Source of the DNA: an uncultured Bacteroidota bacterium
GTDB lineage: Bacteria > Bacteroidota > Bacteroidia > Flavobacteriales > Flavobacteriaceae
NCBI GenBank assembly: GCA_902554655.1
Contig: CACDPE010000003.1
Coordinates: 2,124-66,123 of the forward strand
Direction of reading: 5' to 3'
DNA length: 64,000 bases
Shown here: positions 29,001 to 39,230 of the stretch, piece after piece
Position numbering within the stretch: position 1 is the stretch's first letter
How the letters are laid out: each line of letters begins with the position of its first letter
Notes under the pieces: model-generated
Told to the model about the DNA's origin: nothing
The model's database searches: none
What the model saw: only the letters and a program-made list of their open reading frames with translations
Program-made: the position numbers and the translations under genes

Positions 29001-30392
29001 GATTTAAAAACTGTTGTTTCAAAGGATAATGAAGGTAATGATGTAAATTTAGTTTTATCTAGGACTTGTGAAATAAAAGTTCTAGATCCAAAAACTGGTA
29101 TTATTCTTAGTTCTAATGTTATTCCTTATGGCTCATCTATCCATGTTAAGAGTGGTACTAAAATTAAAAAGGATGATTTGATTTGTTCTTGGGATCCATA
29201 TAATGGGGTAATTATTTCAGAATTTGGTGGAAAAGTTGAGTATGAAAATATTGATCAAGGTATTACTTATCAGGTAGAAATTGATGAGCAGACTGGTTTT
29301 AAAGAAAAGGTTATTTCTGAGTCAAGAAATAAAAAATTGATTCCTACATTATTAATTAATGATAAAAAAGGAAAAAATATAAGAACTTATAATCTTCCCG
29401 TTGGCGCTCATCTAATTGTTGACGATGGTGAAAAAGTTGAGCAAGGTAAAATACTTGTTAAAATTCCTAGAAAATCAGCCAAGTCTGGTGATATTACTGG
29501 TGGTCTTCCTAGAGTCACAGAGTTATTTGAAGCTCGAAACCCATCAAACCCTGCAGTTGTCAGTGAAATTGATGGTGTAGTTTCATTTGGTAAAATTAAA
29601 AGAGGTAATAGAGAAATAATTGTTGAGTCCAAAACTGGTGAAATTAAAAAGTATCTTGTCAAGTTATCAAATCAAATTCTTGTCCAAGAAAATGATTTTG
29701 TAAAAGCTGGCATGTCGCTTTCTGATGGTGCAATTACTCCTAACGATATTCTTAATATTAAGGGTCCATCGGCTGTGCAACAGTACCTTGTTAATGAAGT
29801 TCAGGAAGTTTACAGATTACAAGGAGTTAAAATTAATGATAAACACTTTGAAGTTCTGATAAGACAAATGATGCAAAAAGTGCAAATTCAAGATTCTGGA
29901 GATACTACATTTTTAGAAAACCAAATTGTTCACAAAAATGAATTTTTAAAGGAGAATGATAATTTATACGGTAAGAAAATAATTGAAGAATCGGGTGATT
30001 CGCAAAATTTAAAGGTTGGTCAAATAATTTCTGCCAGAGAACTAAGAGATGAAAACTCATTATTAAAAAGAGAAGACAAAAAACTGATTGTAGCTAGAGA
30101 AGCAGTTAATGCTACTGGATTCCCAATTTTGCAGGGTATTACAAGAGCATCTCTTCAAACTAAATCCTTTATTTCAGCTGCTTCATTCCAAGAAACTACT
30201 AAAGTTTTAAATGAAGCTGCTGTAAATGGTAAAGTTGATAATCTTGATGGTTTAAAGGAAAATGTTATTGTTGGTCATAAGATTCCAGCTGGTACTGGTA
30301 ACAGAGCATTTGATGATGTAATAGTTGGCTACGTTGATGAATATGAGGAGCTTCTTGAAAGTAAGAGAATTAGGTTTGGAACTGATGACTAA
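26094..30392 (+). CDS. rpoC: DNA-directed RNA polymerase subunit beta'
   Basis: 1432 aa with Zn-finger [23 protein letters not shown] and catalytic [12 protein letters not shown]. Confidence 0.99.
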   Translation: MEINKTKKFNKISIGLASPETILSSSRGEVLKPETINYRTHKPERDGLFCERIFGPVKDYECACGKYKRIRYKGIVCDRCGVEVTEKKVRRDRVGHINLVVPVAHIWYFKSLPNKIGYLLGLPTKKLDMIIYYERYVVIQPGLSVDSEGNPLNKMDFLTEEEYLNTLETLPPENQFLEDSDPNKFIAKMGAECLIELLSRIDLDELSYDLRHKANNETSKQRKTESLKRLQVVESLREANLNKENKPEWMILKVIPVIPPELRPLVPLDGGRFATSDLNDLYRRVIIRNNRLKRLVEIKAPEVILRNEKRMLQESVDSLFDNTKKSSAVKTEANRPLKSLSDSLKGKQGRFRQNLLGKRVDYSARSVIVGGPTLKLYECGIPKDMAAELYKPFIVKKLIERGIVKTVKSAKKIIDKREPLVWDILENVLKGHPVLLNRAPTLHRLGIQAFQPILIEGKAIQVHPLVCTAFNADFDGDQMAVHLPLGPEAILESQLLMLASHNILNPANGSPITVPSQDMVLGLYYMTKEKKSTKSSKVKGEGLTFYSSDEVNIAYNENKVDLNASIKVRVNDLNESNQIQTKIIETTVGRVLFNEVVPEKVGFINQVLNKKSLRGIIGNILKLTSIPETADFLDKIKDMGFTFAFKGGLSFSLGDIIIPSEKIDMIDAANNDVDSIISNYNMGLITNNERYNQVIDVWTSSNAALTELAMKRIREDQQGFNSVYMMLDSGARGSKEQIRQLTGMRGLMAKPKKASSGGGEIIENPILSNFKEGLSILEYFISTHGARKGLADTALKTADAGYLTRRLVDVAQDVIVNIDDCNTLRGITIEALKKNEEVVETLGERILGRVSLHDIYDPINEDKLIVNAGEEIDENIVKIIESLPIDSVEVRSPLTCEADRGICSKCYGRNLATGKMVQIGEAVGVTAAQSIGEPGTQLTLRTFHVGGIAGNISEENKLISKFNGVTEIEDLKTVVSKDNEGNDVNLVLSRTCEIKVLDPKTGIILSSNVIPYGSSIHVKSGTKIKKDDLICSWDPYNGVIISEFGGKVEYENIDQGITYQVEIDEQTGFKEKVISESRNKKLIPTLLINDKKGKNIRTYNLPVGAHLIVDDGEKVEQGKILVKIPRKSAKSGDITGGLPRVTELFEARNPSNPAVVSEIDGVVSFGKIKRGNREIIVESKTGEIKKYLVKLSNQILVQENDFVKAGMSLSDGAITPNDILNIKGPSAVQQYLVNEVQEVYRLQGVKINDKHFEVLIRQMMQKVQIQDSGDTTFLENQIVHKNEFLKENDNLYGKKIIEESGDSQNLKVGQIISARELRDENSLLKREDKKLIVAREAVNATGFPILQGITRASLQTKSFISAASFQETTKVLNEAAVNGKVDNLDGLKENVIVGHKIPAGTGNRAFDDVIVGYVDEYEELLESKRIRFGTDD

Positions 30393-30690
30393 AAAAGAAA
30401 GTCACAATATTAATATAGAACTAGACGATTCTACCTCACAGGGAGTTTACTCTAACTTAGTTATAGTAAATCACTCTCCAACTGAATTTGTACTTGATTT
30501 TATTAACGTTATGCCAGGAAATCCTAAAGCTAAGGTTAGATCTAGAATTATACTTACACCTGAGCACACTAAAAAGTTTATTAAAGCTTTGAATGATAAT
30601 TTAGTCAAATATGAATCCAAAAATGGACCTGTTAAAGATTTTAAAAGAGATATAATTCCGTTAAATTTTGGACCAAAAGCTGAGGCTTAA
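30385..30690 (+). CDS. DUF3467 family protein, overlapping the rpoC stop
   Basis: Start placed at MTKKESHN (ATG at 30385), 8 nt inside rpo[27 protein letters not shown] matches DUF3467 as I recall it. Confidence 0.75.
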   Translation: MTKKESHNINIELDDSTSQGVYSNLVIVNHSPTEFVLDFINVMPGNPKAKVRSRIILTPEHTKKFIKALNDNLVKYESKNGPVKDFKRDIIPLNFGPKAEA

Positions 30691-30696
30691 TTAATT

Positions 30697-32274
30697 TTAG
30701 AATTCAGATTTTTCATGAAAAATCACTTTTTCATACTTGTCCTTAGTATTTATTAATGTGAATTTACTATCCGCTAAAAAAACCATCTTATTGTCCTTGT
30801 CTTTTGCAATAAATTTATTTTTGTGATTTATCAAATTTTTTAGTTGTTCGTGATTGGAATTGCTCGTATCAATCCAACATGCTTTTTTAATATTTACGTT
30901 TTCATAGCTACATTTAGCTCCATATTCATGTTCTAGTCTATATTTAATAACATCGAATTGTAACATGCCAACTGTTCCAATAATTTTTCTACCATTTATT
31001 TCTAGAGTAAATAATTGAGCAACTCCTTCATCCATTAATTGTTTTAGTCCTTTAGAAAGTTGTTTAGTTTTTAATGGATCATTATTGATTATGTATTTGA
31101 AATATTCGGGAGAAAAGCTTGGAATTCCAACAAACTCAATTTCCTCACCCTCAGAAAATGAGTCACCAATTTTAAAACTACCTGTGTCATGAACCCCAAT
31201 AATATCTCCTGGATATGATTTTTCTACAATTTCTTTTTTATCTGCAAAAAAAGAATTTGGACTACTAAACCTGATTTTCTTTTTTCCTCTTACATGGTAA
31301 TACATACAATTTCTTTTAAATTCACCAGAAACAATCTTTATAAAAGATAGTCTATCTCTGTGTTTAGGGTCCATATTTGCGTGAATTTTGAATATGAAAC
31401 CAGTAAATTTCACTTCACTGGGATCAACTATTCTATTTTTAGATTCTTTTTTTCCTGGCGGTGGAGCATATTTAGCAAAATATTCTAACATTAAATTAAT
31501 ACCAGAATTATGCAAAGCTGAACCAAAAAAGACAGGTTGAATTTCACAATTTAAGTATTTATCGTATTCAAACTTCGGATATATACCTTCTATTAGTTCT
31601 AAATCTTCAATTAATGATTTACGAATATTATTACTGATTTTTGAAGAATCATTAATTACAGATTTATATTCATGTTTAGATTTGTTATCATCATTAAATT
31701 GAACTTCTTTTTTTACTAAATCAATTATACCACTATAATCATAACCTATACCAATTGGAAATGATATTGGTGATACATTAAATTCAAGTTTTTTTTCTAA
31801 TTCGTCCAACAAATCAAAAGAATCTTTTCCCTCTCTGTCACACTTATTTATAAAAATCATTATAGGGATTTTTCTCATTTTGCAAACTTTTACAAGTTTT
31901 TCAGTTTGCTCTTCTACCCCTTTGGCTACATCAATTACAACTATAACACTATCTACAGCGGTCAAAGTTCTATATGTATCCTCAGCAAAATCTTTGTGTC
32001 CAGGTGTATCAAGAATATTAATTTTTTTATCTAAATAATTAAATGACAGTACTGATGTTGAAACTGATATTCCTCTTTGTTTTTCAATTTCCATGAAGTC
32101 ACTTGTGGCAGTTTTTTTAATTTTATTTGATTTAACAGCGCCTGCTTCATTTATTGCTCCACCAAATAATAACAGCTTTTCAGTTAAAGTAGTTTTACCA
32201 GCATCTGGATGTGAAATTATCCCAAAAGTTCTTCTAAGGTTTATATTTTTATTTAGATTCATAAATGCAAGCAA
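30697..32274 (-). CDS. prfC: Peptide chain release factor 3
   Basis: RRTFGIISHPDAGKTTLTEKLL, DTPGHKDF, NKCDR. The true start may be the internal Met at 32262. Confidence 0.95.
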   Translation of the reverse strand: MLAFMNLNKNINLRRTFGIISHPDAGKTTLTEKLLLFGGAINEAGAVKSNKIKKTATSDFMEIEKQRGISVSTSVLSFNYLDKKINILDTPGHKDFAEDTYRTLTAVDSVIVVIDVAKGVEEQTEKLVKVCKMRKIPIMIFINKCDREGKDSFDLLDELEKKLEFNVSPISFPIGIGYDYSGIIDLVKKEVQFNDDNKSKHEYKSVINDSSKISNNIRKSLIEDLELIEGIYPKFEYDKYLNCEIQPVFFGSALHNSGINLMLEYFAKYAPPPGKKESKNRIVDPSEVKFTGFIFKIHANMDPKHRDRLSFIKIVSGEFKRNCMYYHVRGKKKIRFSSPNSFFADKKEIVEKSYPGDIIGVHDTGSFKIGDSFSEGEEIEFVGIPSFSPEYFKYIINNDPLKTKQLSKGLKQLMDEGVAQLFTLEINGRKIIGTVGMLQFDVIKYRLEHEYGAKCSYENVNIKKACWIDTSNSNHEQLKNLINHKNKFIAKDKDNKMVFLADSKFTLINTKDKYEKVIFHEKSEF

Positions 32275-32327
32275 AAATAGTATCTTATTTCTATGTTTGA
32301 TGTGTAATTAAATTAAATTTGTTAATT

Positions 32328-32861
32328 ATGACCAATAGGGTAATTTTAGTTGATAAAGAAAATAATGAAATTGGAACTGAAGAAAAAATCCAAGCTCACG
32401 TGAAAAGCCTTTTACATAGAGCTTTTTCAATTTTTATTTTTAATGATAATAAACAAGTTTTACTTCAAAAAAGAGCCGATAATAAATATCACTCTGGCTC
32501 ATTATGGACTAATACTTGTTGTAGTCATCCTTATAAAGGTTTATCTACACTTGAATGCGCTGAAGTTAGACTAGAAGAAGAGATGGGAATTAAAACAAAA
32601 CTTGAAGAGATATTTTCTTTTATTTACAAAGAATCCTTTCAAAATGGTCTTACTGAGTATGAATACGATCATGTTTTTTTTGGCAATTACTCTTCAGATC
32701 CAATTCTAAACCCTGAAGAAGCATCTGAATTTAAGTGGATAAAAATAGAGGATCTAAAAAATGATATTAAAAAAAATCCTAACAGATATACTGCTTGGTT
32801 AAAAATTATGTTTACTAATTACTTTAAATTTTTTGAATCTTATGAAAATAACAATATGTAG
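32328..32861 (+). CDS. idi: Isopentenyl-diphosphate delta-isomerase, type 1 (Nudix)
   Basis: LLHRAFSIFIFN.., LLQKRADNKYHSGSLWTNTCCSHP, EYDHVFFG. Start taken at the ATG at 32328 rather than the TTG at 32319. Confidence 0.85.
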   Translation: MTNRVILVDKENNEIGTEEKIQAHVKSLLHRAFSIFIFNDNKQVLLQKRADNKYHSGSLWTNTCCSHPYKGLSTLECAEVRLEEEMGIKTKLEEIFSFIYKESFQNGLTEYEYDHVFFGNYSSDPILNPEEASEFKWIKIEDLKNDIKKNPNRYTAWLKIMFTNYFKFFESYENNNM

Positions 32862-33249
32862 AAGAAGTCATTTTAATGCAGCCCACAAGCTCTATAATAA
32901 ATCATGGTCAAAAGAAAAAAATCTTGAAGTTTTTGGTAAATGTAGTTATGAAAATTATCACGGACATAACTATGAATTAATTGTAAAACTTCACGGGGAA
33001 ATCAATGAAGAAACAGGAATGGTTATGGACTTAAGTGATCTAAAAAAGATAATTAAGCAAGAAGTTGAAGATAAACTTGATCATAAAAATATTAATCTTG
33101 ATATTGATTATTTTCATGATAAAATTCCTTCAACAGAAAATTTAGCAATTTATATTTGGAATAGGCTAAATAATGCTATCAAAATCGATTGTAAACTAAC
33201 AGTTGTTTTATATGAAACTCATAGAAATTATGTTGAGTATTCTGGATAG
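32842..33249 (+). CDS. queD: 6-carboxytetrahydropterin synthase QueD / 6-pyruvoyl-tetrahydropterin synthase family
   Basis: SHFNAAHKL.., YHGHNYEL.., LDHKNIN motifs. ATG at 32842. The gene overlaps the end of idi by 20 nt. Confidence 0.85.
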   Translation: MKITICRRSHFNAAHKLYNKSWSKEKNLEVFGKCSYENYHGHNYELIVKLHGEINEETGMVMDLSDLKKIIKQEVEDKLDHKNINLDIDYFHDKIPSTENLAIYIWNRLNNAIKIDCKLTVVLYETHRNYVEYSG

Positions 33250-33251
33250 TT

Positions 33252-33920
33252 TTATAATAATGATTTTAAAATCAAGGAATATTTAGACTTTAATACTTTT
33301 GCGCTTAGAGATTTATAAACTGTATCAAGAATTTTTTTTGAGTTTTTTAGATCAGTTATTGCTAAGTAAGGTGAAATCTCATAATTTTTGTTTCTGATTA
33401 CATAATTAGCATTGTGTAAAAATTGTCTTTTATTGAGTTTAAGTAGTAAATCATCAATAATTATTACACTGTCATTTTCTTGACTTTTTCTTTTTTCAAA
33501 AGATTTTTTGATTAAATCAACTTTTTCGTCATTAAATTTTTTGTTCAATTTCAAATATTCTCTGTAGATAGAGTCATTTTTTGATCCTGTAACTTTTAAT
33601 TCATAACCGTATTTTTCAAGAGATGTAACTAATTTTAATTTACCTTTTTCGGCAAAAAATGTTAATGATAATGGTTCGTAAGACTCATTTGTAAATAAAT
33701 TTAAAAAAAGAAACTGTGGTTCATTCAATTCATTTTTAAATACTATATTTTTTTGACCGTTAACGTTGAATGAATCGATAGGTTGAAATACACTATCATT
33801 AAGTTTAGTTAGAACAAGTTTACCCTTTTTTAGATCCTTTATTTCTACATCCAGTATAAGTTCATTGCTATTTGAACAGGATGCTAAAATAATTAAAGTT
33901 ATTAAAGCTTTGATTTTCAT
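33252..33920 (-). CDS. Hypothetical lipoprotein, DUF4369-like N-terminal domain
   Basis: Lipobox ILASC. The stretch ILDVEIKDLKKGKLVLTKLND.. resembles the DUF4369 beta-sandwich. No thioredoxin domain follows it. Confidence 0.45.
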   Translation of the reverse strand: MKIKALITLIILASCSNSNELILDVEIKDLKKGKLVLTKLNDSVFQPIDSFNVNGQKNIVFKNELNEPQFLFLNLFTNESYEPLSLTFFAEKGKLKLVTSLEKYGYELKVTGSKNDSIYREYLKLNKKFNDEKVDLIKKSFEKRKSQENDSVIIIDDLLLKLNKRQFLHNANYVIRNKNYEISPYLAITDLKNSKKILDTVYKSLSAKVLKSKYSLILKSLL

Positions 33921-33943
33921 TGTTGACAAAACTATGAAAAAAA

Positions 33944-35818
33944 CTACTTTATTAAATCAAAACTACGTTTAATAAAATCTGTTAAATCTTCACCTTTTAA
34001 AAGGTTCTGTGAAAGTTTAGCCAAATCCATAGACTGTTTTATTAAACGCTCTCTTTTATTTTTAGTTTTAATATTTAAAATATTTGAAATGAGATTACTA
34101 TTTGTATTAACAATAACATTGTAAATTTCAGGCATATTTCCGAACATACCTCCACCACCAGTTGCTTGCATATCTTTCATCCTTCTCATAAATTCTGGTT
34201 GTGTAATCATAAATGGAATTGTATCACTATCTAAAGCTTCTAATTGTAAGGTAAATTTTTCTTTAGGAATTATTGCTTCTAGATAACCTCTTAGTTTATC
34301 TTTTTGTTTATCATCAAGCTTTGAAATACTTTTCTCGTCTTTTTTTATAAGATTTTCTAGAGTGTCAGAATCAACTCTAGAAAATGAAATATTTTTTTCA
34401 TTTGACTCTAATTTTTGAATAAGATGACTGATTATTGGTGAGTCCAGTAATAAAACTTTATAACCTTTGCCTTTAGCTAGTTTTATATATGAATCTTGTT
34501 CCTTTAAATCAGTAGCATACAATATTATGGTTTTATCTTCTTTGTCAGTTTGATTTTCTTTAATCTCATTAATTAATTCATCATATGTGAAATATTCATT
34601 GTCAGTTGAGGGATAAAGAGCGAAGCTTTTTGCTTTTTCATAGAATTTTTCTTCGCTTAACATTCCATATTCAATGATTACCTTTATGTCATTCCATTTT
34701 TCCTGAAACTTATCTCTTTCTTTCTTGAATATATAATTAAGCTTATCAGCTACTTTTCTTGTTATGTAGTTTGTTATTTTTTTAACTGCAGAATCAACCT
34801 GTAAATAACTTCTTGAAACATTTAGAGGAATATCAGGTGAGTCAATAACACCTCTAAGCAATGTTAAAAATTCAGGGACTATTCCTTCTACATTATCTGT
34901 TACAAATACTTGATTTTGATATAATTGTATTTTATCTTTTTGAAGATTAATATCATTTGATATTTTAGGAAAATAAAGAATACCAGTTAAGTTAAAGGGA
35001 TAGTCAACATTTAAATGAATATTGAACAAAGGATCTTCAAAATTCATAGGGTAAAGCTCTTTATAAAAATCTTTATAATTCTGCTCATCTAAATCTTTTG
35101 GTTGTTTGGTCCAAGCAGGTTCAGTAATATTGATGATATCATCTACAATTTCTTTTTCTTCCTTCTTGTCATCATCACTACCAGTATCTTTTACAATTTC
35201 TTTCGTTCCAAATTTTATCGGAACTGGCATAAATCTGTTATATTTTCTTAAAAGATCTCTAATTTTACTTTCTTCTAGATAGTCTTTGGAATCTTTCGAA
35301 ATACTTAAAATTATTTCACTGCCTCTTTCTTTTTTATCATGCTTATTAAGAGTGAATTCAGGTGATCCATCACATGACCAGTGAACGGCAGGTTCATCTT
35401 TATATGATTTAGTTATAATTTCTACCTTATCAGAAACCATAAATGCAGAGTAAAACCCTAAGCCAAAATGACCAATTATGCCACTGTCTTTAGCAGAGTC
35501 TTTATACTTTTCAAGAAACTCTTCAGCACCAGAAAAGGCAACTTCATTTATGTATTTTTTAACTTCATCTTGTGTCATTCCGACACCTTGATCAATTATG
35601 TGTAGTTTTTTATTTTTTTTATCAACTTTAACCTCAATAATAGGATTTTCAATATCAATTTTAGCTTCCCCAATATTTGATAAGTGTTTAAGTTTTGTTG
35701 TTGCATCTGTTGCATTTGAAATAAGTTCTCTTAAGAAAATTTCTTGATCACTATATAAAAATTTTTTTATTAGTGGGAATATATTTTCGACTGAAACATT
35801 TATTTTTCCTTTACTCAT
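33944..35818 (-). CDS. htpG: Molecular chaperone HtpG (Hsp90)
   Basis: 624 aa: LYSDQEIFLRELISNATDA, IGHFGLGFYSAFMV. Confidence 0.97.
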   Translation of the reverse strand: MSKGKINVSVENIFPLIKKFLYSDQEIFLRELISNATDATTKLKHLSNIGEAKIDIENPIIEVKVDKKNKKLHIIDQGVGMTQDEVKKYINEVAFSGAEEFLEKYKDSAKDSGIIGHFGLGFYSAFMVSDKVEIITKSYKDEPAVHWSCDGSPEFTLNKHDKKERGSEIILSISKDSKDYLEESKIRDLLRKYNRFMPVPIKFGTKEIVKDTGSDDDKKEEKEIVDDIINITEPAWTKQPKDLDEQNYKDFYKELYPMNFEDPLFNIHLNVDYPFNLTGILYFPKISNDINLQKDKIQLYQNQVFVTDNVEGIVPEFLTLLRGVIDSPDIPLNVSRSYLQVDSAVKKITNYITRKVADKLNYIFKKERDKFQEKWNDIKVIIEYGMLSEEKFYEKAKSFALYPSTDNEYFTYDELINEIKENQTDKEDKTIILYATDLKEQDSYIKLAKGKGYKVLLLDSPIISHLIQKLESNEKNISFSRVDSDTLENLIKKDEKSISKLDDKQKDKLRGYLEAIIPKEKFTLQLEALDSDTIPFMITQPEFMRRMKDMQATGGGGMFGNMPEIYNVIVNTNSNLISNILNIKTKNKRERLIKQSMDLAKLSQNLLKGEDLTDFIKRSFDLIK

Positions 35819-35908
35819 GGTTTATTTTTTAAATTGTTCTATATCTTCTAAAATCATTAAACTTTATTCTTTTAGAGTTCCCTAAATATAATGTAGATTT
35901 TACTCTAG

Positions 35909-35938
35909 AGTTAAATTCATTTCTTAAAGAATTTAACT
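35909..35938. repeat. Perfect inverted repeat AGTTAAATTC-N10-GAATTTAACT in the htpG upstream region
   Basis: Read directly: 10-bp arms and a 10-nt spacer, 91 to 120 nt upstream of the htpG ATG. Confidence 0.6.
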
Positions 35939-35990
35939 GGATATTTCCGTTGTCTTGCTTGTTCATATTATATTTTATTCAAATCATATA

Positions 35991-36020
35991 CCAAATAAAA
36001 ACTAATGACAAAATGACATT
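35991..36020 (-). promoter_or_regulatory. Shared chaperone-gene module AATGTCAT-TT-TGTCAT-N9-TTTGG (htpG copy)
   Basis: In htpG orientation: AATGTCATTTTGTCATTAGTTTTTATTTGG, 22 of 30 nt identical to the hsp20 copy at 57305..57334, with identical spacing. Confidence 0.45.
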
Positions 36021-36047
36021 TTTGTTATATTGCAATAAACTGACTTT

Positions 36048-37058
36048 ATGTATAATTCTAAAATTTCTGGACTTGGCTTTTACTTACCAGAAAATATAGT
36101 TACCAATGATGACTTATCAAAAATAATGGATACAAGTGATGATTGGATAAGAGAACGAACTGGAATAAAAGAGAGAAGATGGATTGACCGTACATCTGAA
36201 GACACAACATCAGTTATGGGAGTTAAAGCTGCAAAGATGGCAATTAGTGATGCCAATTTAACAAAAGATGATATTGATTTTATAATTTTTGCAACTCTAA
36301 GTCCAGATTATTTTTTCCCAGGTGCTGGTGTAATGGTACAAGACATGATGGATATGAATACAGTTGGCGCTTTAGATGTAAGAAATCAATGCTCTGGATT
36401 TATTTATGCTCTTTCAACTGCTGATCAATTTGTAAAAACAGGAATGTACAAAAACATTTTAGTAATTGGTTCAGAAACCCACAGTCCCGGACTTGATAAA
36501 ACTACAAGAGGAAGAGGAGTTACAGTAATTTTTGGTGATGGGGCTGGAGCGGTAGTAGTTTCACGAGAAGAAGATAATTCAAAAGGAATACTTTCAACTC
36601 ATTTACATTCTCAAGGAAAACATGCTAAAGAATTATCATTAATCTCACCAGGTCTTGGAACTAGATGGGTGTCTGATATAATAAAAGATAATGATCCAAA
36701 TGAAGAAAGTTATTTACCATACATGAATGGTCAGTTTGTTTTTAAAAATGCAGTTGTCAGATTTTCGGAAGTAATTAATGAAGCTTTAGAAAAGAATAAT
36801 TTAAAAAAAGATGATATTAAATTATTAATACCTCACCAAGCAAATTTAAGAATTGCCCAATTTATCCAGAAAAAATTTAAACTTGAAGATAACCAAGTGT
36901 TTAATAATATTTCTAAATATGGTAATACAACTGCAGCTTCAATACCAATAGCCCTAGCTGAAGCTAACAGAGCCAATTTAATTCAGAAAAATGACATAAT
37001 TGTTTTAGCAGCTTTTGGTAGTGGATTTACGTGGGGAAGTGCTTTAATTAGATGGTGA
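36048..37058 (+). CDS. fabH: 3-oxoacyl-ACP synthase III
   Basis: 336 aa: DDWIRERTGIKERR, active-site NQCSGFIYAL, HQANLRI, GNTTAASIP. Confidence 0.92.
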   Translation: MYNSKISGLGFYLPENIVTNDDLSKIMDTSDDWIRERTGIKERRWIDRTSEDTTSVMGVKAAKMAISDANLTKDDIDFIIFATLSPDYFFPGAGVMVQDMMDMNTVGALDVRNQCSGFIYALSTADQFVKTGMYKNILVIGSETHSPGLDKTTRGRGVTVIFGDGAGAVVVSREEDNSKGILSTHLHSQGKHAKELSLISPGLGTRWVSDIIKDNDPNEESYLPYMNGQFVFKNAVVRFSEVINEALEKNNLKKDDIKLLIPHQANLRIAQFIQKKFKLEDNQVFNNISKYGNTTAASIPIALAEANRANLIQKNDIIVLAAFGSGFTWGSALIRW

Positions 37059-38510
37059 TTTTCTAATTAAAAATAGACCTATAAATGTTATTAAACCATT
37101 CAGAGGTAGTAATTCATAACCAATAACATAACCACCGATATATTCAGATGGTATTCTTCCAATAAACATTACAATAATCACTGAAATTATACATACAGCT
37201 AAACTTAATTTATCATTGATTTTATATTTAGTAAAAATTCCAAACGCAAAAAGCCCCAATAATGGACCGTATGTATATCCTGCTACAGTTAAAAGACCAT
37301 CAATAACATTGGTATTTAGTAGGTTTTTATAAAGTATAATTACTATTGCTAAAATTAAACTCATTGCAATGTGAGTTTTAATTCTAATATTTTTTTGTGT
37401 TTTATCATCTTTTTTAGAAATGTCAAGAAAATCTACACAAAAAGATGTTGTTAAAGAAGTTAAAGCACTATCGGCACTACTGTATGCAGCAGCAATTAGT
37501 CCCAAAAGAAATACTATTCCCATTGTAAGGCCTAAATCAGAGTTTAATGCTATTTCAGGAAATAAAAGATCTGTATTTTCACTACCATTTAAAAAAGGAA
37601 TTGAAATACCGGTTTGACTTGAATAAATAAATAATAAACTACCTAAAACTAAAAAAACTAATGTCACCAGTACTAATATGAAACTAAAAACTACCATATT
37701 TTTTTTTGCTTCAGCTAGTGATTTACAAGTTAAATTTTTTTGCATCATATCCTGATCAAGACCAGTCATACAAATAGTGATAAACATTCCTCCAATAAAT
37801 GACTTAATAAAATGATTTCTTTCAAGAATATTATCAAAAACAAATACTTTAGAATATTCTGAAAATTCTTTAGACCCTATAAAATCTCCAAAAGACCAAT
37901 TAAGGTTTTTATTTATTAGATATATAGAAAGGAAAACTGAAAGAATCATTAAAAATGTTTGTAAAGTATCAGTCCAAACAACAGTTTTAATCCCTCCTCT
38001 AAAAGTATAAATCCAAATTAAAAAAATAGATAAACATACTGTAATTTCAAATGGGATATTCCATGAATCAAATACAAATGTTTGCAAAACTATAGCTACA
38101 AGATAAAGTCTAAAAGCAGCTCCAAGAATTCTAGATATAAAGAAGAATAAAGCTCCGGATTTGTGGGACACAAAACCTAATCTGTCCCCAAGATACTCGT
38201 AAATTGATGTGACATTATTTCTGTAATATATAGGTAAAAGCACGAAAGCAACTATTAGATATCCAAATAAATAACCTAAAACAACCTGAAAATATGTAAA
38301 GTTTGAAATTCCTACATCTCCAGGAACTGAAATAAATGTTATTCCAGAAAGCGATGCTCCAATCATTCCAAATGCAACAACATACCAAGGTGACTCTTTA
38401 TCCCCAGTAAAAAATGTTGAATTATTTTCTTTACCCTTAGTTAGATTTGAAATGAAAAAAAGAATTAAAAAGTAAGTTGCAATTACAAAAAAAATTAAGG
38501 ATTCTGACAT
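37044..38510 (-). CDS. Sodium:solute symporter family (SSF) transporter
   Basis: 488 aa, about 13 TM segments, with GGIKTVVWTDTLQ. Substrate unknown. Confidence 0.8.
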   Translation of the reverse strand: MSESLIFFVIATYFLILFFISNLTKGKENNSTFFTGDKESPWYVVAFGMIGASLSGITFISVPGDVGISNFTYFQVVLGYLFGYLIVAFVLLPIYYRNNVTSIYEYLGDRLGFVSHKSGALFFFISRILGAAFRLYLVAIVLQTFVFDSWNIPFEITVCLSIFLIWIYTFRGGIKTVVWTDTLQTFLMILSVFLSIYLINKNLNWSFGDFIGSKEFSEYSKVFVFDNILERNHFIKSFIGGMFITICMTGLDQDMMQKNLTCKSLAEAKKNMVVFSFILVLVTLVFLVLGSLLFIYSSQTGISIPFLNGSENTDLLFPEIALNSDLGLTMGIVFLLGLIAAAYSSADSALTSLTTSFCVDFLDISKKDDKTQKNIRIKTHIAMSLILAIVIILYKNLLNTNVIDGLLTVAGYTYGPLLGLFAFGIFTKYKINDKLSLAVCIISVIIVMFIGRIPSEYIGGYVIGYELLPLNGLITFIGLFLIRKSPSN

Positions 38511-38576
38511 CTTTATAGTAAAGAACTCAAATATAATAATTTATGATGCTATCTTAGCGAATAGTTAAAAGGTAAA

Positions 38577-39194
38577 ATGAATATTCCCTCAAAAATTTTA
38601 GAAAATGCTGTGTATGAAATTTCAAGATTGCCTGGAATAGGAAAAAGTACTGCTTTAAGATTAGCCCTACACATGATAAAGTCAGATTCTAGTGAAATAA
38701 ATGATTTAATAAATTCTATAAAAGCATTGCACGAAAATTTAAAATCATGTAAAAATTGCCATAACCTATCTGATTCTGAAGTATGTGATATTTGTAAAAG
38801 CAGTTTAAGAGATGATTCATTAATTTGTGTTGTGGAAGATATAAGAGACATAATGGCTATTGAAAACACAGGCCAGTTTAATGGATTGTATCATGTATTA
38901 AATGGAAAAATATCACCAATTGAAGGAGTTGGTCCAAGTCAACTAACAATACAAGAATTAATTGATAGAATTAATAACAATAAAATAAGAGAAGTGATAT
39001 TTGCATTAAGCGCTACAATGGAAGGTGATACTACTAGTTTCTATATTTATAAAAAGATAAGTAATGATAGTATTAAATTTTCATCTATTGCCAGAGGTGT
39101 TTCTGTAGGTGATAATCTTGAATATACTGATGAAATTACTTTAGGAAGAAGTATTTTAAAAAGAGTTCCTTTTGAACAATCAACTAAAGAATAA
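38577..39194 (+). CDS. recR: Recombination protein RecR
   Basis: 205 aa: LPGIGKSTALRLALH, Zn-finger CKNCHNLSDSEVCDIC, Toprim domain. Confidence 0.96.
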   Translation: MNIPSKILENAVYEISRLPGIGKSTALRLALHMIKSDSSEINDLINSIKALHENLKSCKNCHNLSDSEVCDICKSSLRDDSLICVVEDIRDIMAIENTGQFNGLYHVLNGKISPIEGVGPSQLTIQELIDRINNNKIREVIFALSATMEGDTTSFYIYKKISNDSIKFSSIARGVSVGDNLEYTDEITLGRSILKRVPFEQSTKE

Positions 39195-39230
39195 TTAACT
39201 TTTTATCCTATTATTTGATATTTTTGCGAT

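Noticed and set aside
35829-35966. 45-codon minus-strand ORF (MNKQDNGNIQLNSLRNEFNSRVKSTLYLGNSKRIKFNDFRRYRTI) filling the htpG leader
   Set aside because: Its Asn/Lys/Arg-rich composition is typical of random translation of AT-rich DNA. It contains the 10-bp inverted repeat, and its ATG overlaps the candidate promoter. It is more likely untranslated leader RNA, though ribosome profiling could reopen the question.
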